A DNA stretch of 58,645 bases from NCBI GenBank assembly GCA_017462605.1, contig JAFTQV010000002.1, positions 1 to 58,645 of the forward strand, given 5' to 3'. Positions 50,206 to 58,645 of this stretch are shown here, in pieces (positions within the stretch are counted from its first letter, which is position 1; each line of letters begins with the position of its first letter). The DNA is from Clostridia bacterium. Its GTDB lineage: Bacteria > Bacillota > Clostridia > Oscillospirales > CAG-272. Under the pieces are notes generated by a model that was given only the letters and a program-made list of their open reading frames with translations, did no database searches and was not told the DNA's origin. The position numbers and the translations under genes are program-made.

Positions 50206-53200
50206 ATGAGATCCGGAAAGAAAAGAAAGTTAAAAATTGTCGCTCTCATCTGCTCGCTTGCATGCCTGCTTTCAACAGGTGTTATAGCTGCATTCGCAAG
50301 CAGCGCTATCGAGACGGTGGGTGAAATGGCGAAGGACGTTGACGGGGGCGATGGAATTGCGACCGCCTTCTCCTCGTATAAGGTGCAGGACACCGTGAGG
50401 GCGTCAAGCTCGCTTGTCGGCGATGTTCAGTACACCGTTTATCACAATAAGACGAGCGCGATAAAGACGGGCTATGAAGGCACGCCTATCGTTGTCTATA
50501 CCGTCAACCATCCTACCGTACAAAGAGTCGGAACGGATAGCAATAAGACGATAATAACCTCTATGCTTGATAAGGGTTACGTCGTTATAGTCCTGGACTT
50601 CCTTAATAATAGCGATATAACCACAACGGATATTGCAAATTATACTCAGCAGTTCAGGCAGGATATCGTAAATAAAAAGGTCATCACCTATTCGGGATTT
50701 CCCGAGGGAAATCCCCGAGAGACTTTTATTGCTCCCTCGGGCTGCAACGTGCTTCTTCAGCAGGTGTTCTGGAGTATAGATAAGCATTCTGCTGAAGGAA
50801 CTCTTGAGAAGATAGTTGAAAACTGGAATACGGATTTCCGTACCACAAAGGGCGGAAAGCTTGTTAAATGGGTGCATTCGGACGGAACGAGAAAGAAGGT
50901 TCTTGATGGCGCGACCTGGCATAATGCCGACGGCAGCGCGAATACCTCGGGCGGTCAGTATACGTACGTTAAGTACACCGTAGCGGAAACTATTACCGAC
51001 TGCGTTGATCCGGACGGCAGCTTCATTGATATGGATCTCTATATCAACGTAGTATATCCCACCTCGCCTAATACCGAAGTACCCGTTATGTCTCTCGCAA
51101 ACTCCTCGGGATATCCCACAACTTCCGTGACAAGCGCGGATCTGCGCCCACACTCCAATGACTTCCTTTATAACGGATACGCAAACGTGGTATTCGACTA
51201 TATGTGGGAGCCAATGTCGAGAAACGCGAGCTGGGGCTACTATGACGGCAGCCAGGGCAATACGAAGGACCATATGAACTACGGTCTTATGATGTATAAC
51301 GATAAGCTCGTCAATACCGCAGCAATGCGTTACTTAAGAAATCTTTCTCTTTCGGATAAGACGGGAGAATATAACTTCGATCTTGACGCATTCGGAGTAT
51401 ACGGCAACTCGAAGGGCGGCTGGTTCTCCTACCTCGGAGAGGCTGTGCTTCAGAAGGAGCTTATTTCAAGCACCGAGGGTATGACGAAAGATGCGCTTGA
51501 GACCGCGATAGACCTTAAGCTTGCATCCTTGGTGCCCGACCGCTATTATAACGGTCACGACGGAACTACCCGTTACCAGGCGAATGCGGGTAAAATAGAG
51601 AAGGACGGCTTTACCGTAAGAGCGGGAGAAAAGCAGCCTTGGCTTACCTATGACGGCAAGGAGATAATCTCCGGTTGCCAGCTTACCAACGCCTGCAACG
51701 GCTCGCAGGAAGAGGATATTTCAGAAGGTCACGTGCCGATCTTCATATCCTGCAATATGACTGATACCTATAACGCGGCATACGGCTATTCGATAAATAT
51801 TTATAACATCTGCCGCATGCTCGATATACCTCTTCTTCATTTTGAAGTGCCGATCGGCCATACTCTTACCAGCGGTAAGGATATGAATTACAACGTAGAC
51901 ACCTATGAGAATTACTTCAAATACGTTGGCTATTTTCTTAAAGATCTTCCTATCGACGTAGCGTACGTCTCCCCTATGGATAAGGCGGGAGAGGTTGCCG
52001 TTACCGATAAGATCGAAATTCACTTCACGGGCATTGTAGAAAGCAGCGAAATAGCTAAAATAACCGTTACTTCTGAAAATTCCTCTGTAAGCGGATCGTG
52101 GGAGTCTTCCTTCGGCGGAACTGTATGGACGTTTACTCCCGAGGCTCTTTCGGGAGACACCGTTTATACCCTTGCTATCCCCTCTGATTTTGCGGGCAAT
52201 AACGGCGTTGCCATGGGCAAGGCGTATACCCTTAGCTTTGAGACCGAGAAGGACTCGGCTAAGTATCTTGGCGCAAGCGGCGAATATTATACCTTCACCG
52301 CTCCTAAGGAATTCACCTTCGGCAATACCTATGTTTTCCGCTTCCTCGTTACCAACGATGCGGCTAATAAGGCTATGCTTTATGCTGTTGACGGTGCGGG
52401 AGACACAGAGGGCGAGCTTCTCGGCAGCGTAAACCTCAGAGGAGCGGGAACTTACGAGATCGACGTCACGGATTATATCGCGGCGAAAGCAGATCAAGAG
52501 GTCACTCTTATGCTTAAGGCAGAGAACGCCAAGGGCGAAAGAGAGGTTCTTAATAGCGAGGACGGCTCGGCTATATATAATCTTCCCTCAAAAAATAAGA
52601 ACTCCAAGGTCACCTTCGAAAATGGCGTTACCATCGGAGAAGAGACTGCGGTTTCGGTATATGTAAGCACACCTACTCCGAAGCCTAATGCAGATAATCC
52701 TCTTTCGGTTTATTACGACAATCCCACACATTTATTTACATATTCGGGTATAATGGGCGGATTTAAGACCACTCCCGAAAACTATGGAAGAAGATTTACC
52801 GTTGAGTTTGACGTGTATGATACGGTCGAGCGAGTAATGAGAGTTCAGCTCAATACCATGACCAAGCGTGTAGATTACGGCACGATCGACTACGACCACG
52901 TGTTCTTCAACGTAAAGACCAAGGCAAACGGTTGGACTCACGTTGAATTTACCTATAACGTATACGAGCCCGATTACGGCTTTGCATCAGACGGCAACTC
53001 TCAGTCTCTTGCGGTATACCTTTCTCCTACTGGCTATCAGGCGGCGGGAGAAGAGAAGCTTGCTTATATCAACGGACTCAAGGTCACCGAGATCACGACC
53101 GAGATGACCGTTGGCAATGCTTTCCTTGCAGAGAAAGAAGACGGAACGGGCATTAGCTATAAAGCGCCTCAAAACGCGGTGAAGCCTCTTGCGGTCTACA

Positions 53201-56200
53201 ACGGCGATACCAAGGTCGGCGAGTATTCGACTCTTGCCGAAGCATTCGCGGCTTACACCTCGGGATATACTCTTAAGCTTCAGTCCGATTATACCCTTAC
53301 CGATAGCGGAATTTATTCGGGAATGGGAAGCTTTGCCGAGATCAATATTGATCTGAACGGCTATACCGTATATTCAATGAACACTACGGGAGCATTTCTC
53401 TGGCTTAAGTCAACGACTAAGAGCGCTACCGTTATCAACGTTTCGGGCGGAGCTATCCGCCTCGGAAGATGCGCGCTGATATCCTATGCCGACTCCACCT
53501 TGGAGGGAGCAGGCAAGGCGTGGGGCGTGAAGCTTGACGGCGTATATATAGGACTCACCGAAAACTCATTCGCGACCGAGCTTCTCTCAACATCGGATTT
53601 ACCGAGCGGCGCTGAGACAGACGTCAACGTTGAATTCAATAACTGTATTTTCGATATCCCCGATGAAAAGAGAGCAAAAGACGCAGCAGTCCTCTTTACC
53701 GCTCCCGCCTCAAAGTCGCTCGGACTTACCTATGACGTAACGGGCGGCGAGATAAGGCTTTCAAGTCAGAGATGGATAACCGTTATCGATAACGCGATGA
53801 TCGTTGAATTCCATAAGGACGCATCAGATAACTATACCGTACTTAAGATGCCCGAGTCAATAACGACGTCTGTCAGCGGTTCTTACCTCACGAAGGACGG
53901 CTACGCTAAGTTTGACAAGGCAGCCTCGAGTGAGTATATCACTACCTATACCTTGGCGTGCGACGAGAATTCGACCCTTTACGGAGTAATTACGGACGAT
54001 TACCTCGATGACGAGGCTTACCCCTTCCTCGTATTCAAAAACGGCGTTCTTATCAGCGGAGAAGCAACCTTTGCCGCGGCGATAACCAAAGCGAACGGAT
54101 ACCTTAAAGGCACCGATCTTGCCGATGAGAAAGTAGAAATACTTCTGCGCCGCGACTTTGTCAACACGGGCGAAGCATCCTTCGGCTCGACCAACGGCAC
54201 GATACTTATAGACCTCGGCGGACATACTCTTTCAAGAAGCAGCACTTTAGTGAATGCTGTCGTCAATTCCTCAACCGTATTCACCTATCCCACTTCCGTC
54301 ATCTTCACCAACGGAAGACTTGACGTAATGAAGGATAAGGGAGTAATAGGCGTTACCCATTGCCTTATAGCGGCATCGTCTACCAAGACCTTCAACGTGA
54401 CCTTTGATAAGGTAACCTTCGGCTTCGGCGCACAAAGCCCCGAGACTATCACAAAATCAGAGGGTATTTTCTGGTCGATGTGGCAGAACGGCTACGATGC
54501 AAGTACCGTAACCAATCTTACTCTTAAGGATTGCACGCTTGACCTCGTGACCAATGCGCCCGCGAACGGAGCTACGCTCTTCAAGCTCACAAATACCGAA
54601 AAGGGTCAGGTAAACTTTAAAATGCTCGGTGGAGAGATCATTTCGAGCGGAGCGGAGTATACGTTTGCAACGACTGACTCAAAGGATTCCGTCCTCGTTG
54701 GACTTGGCAGCGGCGGAAAGCTTCCCACCCTCAAGGTCAAGAGCGGCGGCGCGGTTATAGATTACGCATTCAGAACCGAATCGGGAGACTACACTAACTT
54801 CACGACAGATGGAAGCACTGAGGGCGGATACGACCTTTACGAGCTTACCGTAAACCAGAACGTGACCGATTACGGAATGATCCCCGGAACGTATGAGAAT
54901 GCCGAAAGCTACCCCTTCGTCCTCTTTATGGACGGTCAGTTCGTTGGCGCTTACGGCACTTGGAAGGCGGCGACGCAGGGCGCGGGAACAGCTCTTGACG
55001 GTAAATCCGATAAGACCGCGTATCTGCTTATGCGCAGAGACTACAACAATACGGGCGATTCCGCAGACGGCGGATCCATCAATAAGGTCAACGGCACGCT
55101 CGTTGTCGATCTCGGCGCGCACACCTTCACAAGAGGCGCAAATATTTTCGATATGTATTATTACAAGTCGAATACCGCGCCTGTCAATATGATAATAAAG
55201 AACGGCTCGCTTCGCACTCTCGGAAAGCCGATCTTTGCAAACCAGATAAATGCGGATACCGAAAGCGCGGTCAAATCCTGGAACGTCACCGTTACGGGAG
55301 TGACCCTTGGATTTGCCGAGGGCGCGGAGTCCACGGGTGAAACCTTCGTTACCACCTGGACGAACCCTGTCAAGGATGCGGATAAGGTAATAACAACGCC
55401 CTGCACGATGAGATCGCACACCACTCTCGTATTCAAGGATTGTACCTTCGATCTTAATACGAACAGACCCACGACCAAGCCCACTCTCTTCGATCTTTCG
55501 GATAATAACGGATACGACCTCGTTAAGACTGATATCGTTATCGAGGGCGGAGAAATTATCTGCGATAGCTTGAAGAACGTTACTATCGCAACCAAAAACG
55601 AGGGTACGGACAGCGTTACCTTCACAAAGAGCGGCGGTAAATACGCAACTCTTACGGCAACAACTACCGCAAAGGATGCTTCGCATTACACAGGCGCATT
55701 CGATACTCCCGAGGGCACGATGTATTACGTTGAGATCGCGGATGACGGAGTTAATTCGACCTACGTTCTCGATAAAATGACCTTCGGCGAGCTTTCCGCT
55801 CCCATTACGGCTAAGTATCTTTCGGCTCTTGATTATCCGTTCTTCGTATTTTCCGACAGCAGCTTCAGCAGCGCGAAGGATTACTGGAGAAATGCGATAG
55901 ATGCGGCGAAGGAGCTTGTCAACGATGATAGCGAAAAGAATGTTACGGCAAATATCGTTTTAAGACGCGACTATGACGTAAGCAAGACGAATACCGCGGG
56001 CAAAAGCGATGCGGGCAGCAACTTCAATAACGCGAAGGGGAAGATCTCGATCGACCTCAACGGAAAAACTATCAATAACGTTGATACCTACTTTATAGAC
56101 GTTTACTTTGAATACAAAAATGCTTCTTACCTCGGCTACAAATCTACCGTGGAGATCAAGGGCGGAACTCTTAAAAATTCAAGAGCGACCTTCCCCATGA

Positions 56201-58482
56201 TAGCTCTCGGACATTCCGGCACTACCGCCGATGACGATACAAAGGAGCTTGAGTTCATCTTTAAAGACGTTGATTTCGCTTTCGGAACTGGAGCAGAGGT
56301 CCTCATCAGAGAATGGAAGGACCACACGGGAGACGGACTTAACGTAAGCTATCTCTTTGACGAATGCCGAATTGATTTTGCAAATGCAAAGAGCGGAGCT
56401 ATTGCTTTCGATTTCCTTGATACCAATAAAAAGACTCTAACGGCTGCCACCTTCAAGGGCGGACTTATCAAGGCGGATGATCTCAATAGCTACTCGGTAG
56501 TTAAAAACAATTCCGAAGAAAACGTCACATTCATCAAGAATGATAGCGGAAGCTACACAAAGGCAGAGCTTCCTCTCAGCGCGCCCGATCCCACAGCGAC
56601 CTTCAAGAGTGAAAGCGGAGAGACTCTTTCCTTCGGCAAGGAGAGCATAGGCGCACAAAGCAAGATCTACGTGCTTGGAGAAAACGTTTTCATAAAGTAC
56701 GGAAGCGTACCCTTCGCTTATACGAACGCCGAGTTCTATCCCTTCCTCGTTTTCGATAAAAACGGCGCATTCCTCGGAGCGGACGATACCTTCCTTGATA
56801 CGGTAGCGCCTACCGACAATGAAGGCGCTATCCATATAGCGAAGAGTCATATGCAATCGAACTCCTGGAACGGAACGGACTTCGGATCGGACGAAAGATC
56901 GGCAACGATCCTTATGAGAGCTGACTATTCCATGGCAAGCACCGAGACTTACAATAACTTAGCTCAGATCATAGGAACCGCCACCGTTGATCTTGACGGA
57001 CACACCCTTACCGCTTATAAGACGAGGACTCTTTTTGGCACCTCGATCAAGCCTTGGGGCGAAAGAGGTATATATCCGACAACGATCACGGTCAAGGACG
57101 GAACCGTTGAGATATTTGATGCTCCCCTTATCAAGGTTGAAACCTGGACCGGAAGCGATTCAAGACCCGATGATTATGTGAAGAATAAGAAATTTACGTA
57201 TAATTTCGAGGGCGTATCGGTTAAGGCTCTCGGAACGTCGGATAAGATCGTTTCGCAGTCCAACGTCGGAACGGGAACTCCGAATGCTGTCGGAAACCTC
57301 TACGTAGGATTTACCGATTCCACGATAGACGTAAGCGAGTCAAAGGCGGCGAGCCTTACCGTGATGAATTCGGGCAACGGACTTACTCACGTCACCGTGA
57401 CGTACAGAGGCGGATCTATCATTGCCAAAGAGGGCGTCACTATATTTGACGGATCGGCGGACGCTGAGGGATCTCTCAGCTTCGAGAGAGGTAAGGACGG
57501 AAAGCTCACCTCGCTCAGAATGATCTCGGGCAAAGCTCCTCTCGATGAGTATTCGGGTAGCCTCGGCAAGCTCGTATTCGTCAGCGAGGGTGTGAATACT
57601 TACAGACTTACGCCTAAGGCTGCAGCCGAATTCGGCGTAAAGAAGAGCATAACTCTTTCCTCGGATCTTATTCTTAACGTTTACGTTGAGGCGATCGACG
57701 AGCTTCTTTCCTTCAAGATTGCGGGAAAGATTTACGAAAAGAATGATTTTGCTTCTCTTACCACAGAGGTGATAGAGGGCGAGACCTATTATAAGGTTTC
57801 CGTTTCCCTTGCTTCGTACAATGCGCTCGATGACGTTGCGCTTTCTGCCAAGATCTCTCTTGCGGATGGAAGCGAGCTTGAAAGCGTGCGCACGCTTAAC
57901 GCCGTAAATTATGCGAAGAGCGTGATAGCGGGAGAGGGAAGCGAGAAGGAGAAGACTCTCGCTCTTGATATGCTTTCATATATCAGAGCGGCTTACGCCT
58001 ACTTCGGCTCTGCGAACACGGCAAAACTTGCCGAGATAGACGAGATCCTCGGAGATGAGTACGACGATACGAGCGCACCCGATCTTACGGCAGATGCCAA
58101 GACTCCTGCGGCAGGCTCAGGGCTCTCGGGCGCTACGCTTAAGCTCGGCGCGACAGCTGACTTCATCTTCATTCTTGATAAGGGCTGCTCGGCGAGCGAC
58201 TTCACCTTCAGGATAGGCGATACCGCGCTTAAGGTCACTGACTGCGAGACCTACGTTATAGTTGAAGCTCCCTTAGGCTCTCTTACAGAGACTGTAAGCT
58301 TTGAGGGCAAGAATAAGGACGGCGAGACCGTATCGGGCGAATATAACGTTATGTCCTACTACGCGTGGGCGGCAGCCGAGGGCAATGAAAAATCGTCTCC
58401 CGAGCTTATAAAGCTTCTCGAAAGACTTATAAAATATTCCGAGAGCGCGAAGGCGTTCTCGGAAGAGACGGCAAACGGCTGA
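50206..58482 (+). CDS. Giant secreted protein 3 (2758 aa), paralog of giant protein 1
   Basis: AGGAGG RBS with ATG at 50206; signal peptide ending AFA; GVYGNSKGG at 51403; repeats near 53974, 54865, 55780 and 56692; same C-terminal domain. Confidence 0.9.
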   Translation: MRSGKKRKLKIVALICSLACLLSTGVIAAFASSAIETVGEMAKDVDGGDGIATAFSSYKVQDTVRASSSLVGDVQYTVYHNKTSAIKTGYEGTPIVVYTVNHPTVQRVGTDSNKTIITSMLDKGYVVIVLDFLNNSDITTTDIANYTQQFRQDIVNKKVITYSGFPEGNPRETFIAPSGCNVLLQQVFWSIDKHSAEGTLEKIVENWNTDFRTTKGGKLVKWVHSDGTRKKVLDGATWHNADGSANTSGGQYTYVKYTVAETITDCVDPDGSFIDMDLYINVVYPTSPNTEVPVMSLANSSGYPTTSVTSADLRPHSNDFLYNGYANVVFDYMWEPMSRNASWGYYDGSQGNTKDHMNYGLMMYNDKLVNTAAMRYLRNLSLSDKTGEYNFDLDAFGVYGNSKGGWFSYLGEAVLQKELISSTEGMTKDALETAIDLKLASLVPDRYYNGHDGTTRYQANAGKIEKDGFTVRAGEKQPWLTYDGKEIISGCQLTNACNGSQEEDISEGHVPIFISCNMTDTYNAAYGYSINIYNICRMLDIPLLHFEVPIGHTLTSGKDMNYNVDTYENYFKYVGYFLKDLPIDVAYVSPMDKAGEVAVTDKIEIHFTGIVESSEIAKITVTSENSSVSGSWESSFGGTVWTFTPEALSGDTVYTLAIPSDFAGNNGVAMGKAYTLSFETEKDSAKYLGASGEYYTFTAPKEFTFGNTYVFRFLVTNDAANKAMLYAVDGAGDTEGELLGSVNLRGAGTYEIDVTDYIAAKADQEVTLMLKAENAKGEREVLNSEDGSAIYNLPSKNKNSKVTFENGVTIGEETAVSVYVSTPTPKPNADNPLSVYYDNPTHLFTYSGIMGGFKTTPENYGRRFTVEFDVYDTVERVMRVQLNTMTKRVDYGTIDYDHVFFNVKTKANGWTHVEFTYNVYEPDYGFASDGNSQSLAVYLSPTGYQAAGEEKLAYINGLKVTEITTEMTVGNAFLAEKEDGTGISYKAPQNAVKPLAVYNGDTKVGEYSTLAEAFAAYTSGYTLKLQSDYTLTDSGIYSGMGSFAEINIDLNGYTVYSMNTTGAFLWLKSTTKSATVINVSGGAIRLGRCALISYADSTLEGAGKAWGVKLDGVYIGLTENSFATELLSTSDLPSGAETDVNVEFNNCIFDIPDEKRAKDAAVLFTAPASKSLGLTYDVTGGEIRLSSQRWITVIDNAMIVEFHKDASDNYTVLKMPESITTSVSGSYLTKDGYAKFDKAASSEYITTYTLACDENSTLYGVITDDYLDDEAYPFLVFKNGVLISGEATFAAAITKANGYLKGTDLADEKVEILLRRDFVNTGEASFGSTNGTILIDLGGHTLSRSSTLVNAVVNSSTVFTYPTSVIFTNGRLDVMKDKGVIGVTHCLIAASSTKTFNVTFDKVTFGFGAQSPETITKSEGIFWSMWQNGYDASTVTNLTLKDCTLDLVTNAPANGATLFKLTNTEKGQVNFKMLGGEIISSGAEYTFATTDSKDSVLVGLGSGGKLPTLKVKSGGAVIDYAFRTESGDYTNFTTDGSTEGGYDLYELTVNQNVTDYGMIPGTYENAESYPFVLFMDGQFVGAYGTWKAATQGAGTALDGKSDKTAYLLMRRDYNNTGDSADGGSINKVNGTLVVDLGAHTFTRGANIFDMYYYKSNTAPVNMIIKNGSLRTLGKPIFANQINADTESAVKSWNVTVTGVTLGFAEGAESTGETFVTTWTNPVKDADKVITTPCTMRSHTTLVFKDCTFDLNTNRPTTKPTLFDLSDNNGYDLVKTDIVIEGGEIICDSLKNVTIATKNEGTDSVTFTKSGGKYATLTATTTAKDASHYTGAFDTPEGTMYYVEIADDGVNSTYVLDKMTFGELSAPITAKYLSALDYPFFVFSDSSFSSAKDYWRNAIDAAKELVNDDSEKNVTANIVLRRDYDVSKTNTAGKSDAGSNFNNAKGKISIDLNGKTINNVDTYFIDVYFEYKNASYLGYKSTVEIKGGTLKNSRATFPMIALGHSGTTADDDTKELEFIFKDVDFAFGTGAEVLIREWKDHTGDGLNVSYLFDECRIDFANAKSGAIAFDFLDTNKKTLTAATFKGGLIKADDLNSYSVVKNNSEENVTFIKNDSGSYTKAELPLSAPDPTATFKSESGETLSFGKESIGAQSKIYVLGENVFIKYGSVPFAYTNAEFYPFLVFDKNGAFLGADDTFLDTVAPTDNEGAIHIAKSHMQSNSWNGTDFGSDERSATILMRADYSMASTETYNNLAQIIGTATVDLDGHTLTAYKTRTLFGTSIKPWGERGIYPTTITVKDGTVEIFDAPLIKVETWTGSDSRPDDYVKNKKFTYNFEGVSVKALGTSDKIVSQSNVGTGTPNAVGNLYVGFTDSTIDVSESKAASLTVMNSGNGLTHVTVTYRGGSIIAKEGVTIFDGSADAEGSLSFERGKDGKLTSLRMISGKAPLDEYSGSLGKLVFVSEGVNTYRLTPKAAAEFGVKKSITLSSDLILNVYVEAIDELLSFKIAGKIYEKNDFASLTTEVIEGETYYKVSVSLASYNALDDVALSAKISLADGSELESVRTLNAVNYAKSVIAGEGSEKEKTLALDMLSYIRAAYAYFGSANTAKLAEIDEILGDEYDDTSAPDLTADAKTPAAGSGLSGATLKLGATADFIFILDKGCSASDFTFRIGDTALKVTDCETYVIVEAPLGSLTETVSFEGKNKDGETVSGEYNVMSYYAWAAAEGNEKSSPELIKLLERLIKYSESAKAFSEETANG

Positions 58483-58493
58483 TAAAAAAGAAC

Positions 58494-58533
58494 ACCGCAT
58501 TTTCGGGTCAAGGCTCGGGGATGCGGTATTTTT
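58494..58533 (+). terminator. Intrinsic terminator of giant protein 3 (intron target site)
   Basis: accgcat...atgcggt stem followed by atttttt. Confidence 0.75.
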
Positions 58534-58645
58534 GTGCGCTCGGCACGCGTTACAACTTGGCGGTGGAAGTCCGCTACAGGCTTGGCAGTAGGAACTGTTA
58601 GCTGAGGGCAAGGGCGTCCGTCGTGAGGCGGAGTCTGAAGGAAGC
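58534..58645 (+). mobile_element. 5' end of a class C (IIC) group II intron, truncated by the window edge
   Basis: Begins GTGCG directly after a terminator U-tract; domain I motifs gcaaggg.gtccgt and tctgaaggaagc resemble those I recall for bacterial IIC introns. Confidence 0.85.

Overview
Chromosomal replication-origin region of a spore-forming Clostridia-like (Bacillota) bacterium. Core content: dnaA-oriC-dnaN-recF-remB-gyrB-gyrA on the minus strand, with spoVAC-AD-AE rather than rpmH upstream of dnaA; parA and parB separated by an AT-rich spacer, with four parS sites; rnj; a DinG/XPD helicase; several transporters; and tRNA-Ser(TGA). About 22 kb encodes three giant secreted proteins (2808, 1890 and about 2758 aa) that share an unusual duplicated C-terminal domain. 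Two of them are paralogous cassettes: a divergent AraC regulator, a conserved TTGTCA operator with 21-bp spacing, and a protein built as signal peptide, alpha/beta-hydrolase (GNSKGG), Ig-like, CBM-like, four repeats of about 300-340 aa, and the C-terminal domain. One cassette is followed by an unannotated 52-aa YxxP...DIITTS peptide. Other elements: a class C group II intron inserted after a terminator at the window end, a tRNA 5'-half integration scar, MITE and mini-IS remnants, and a structured leader before pnuC. All calls come from reading motifs by eye; no database search was run.
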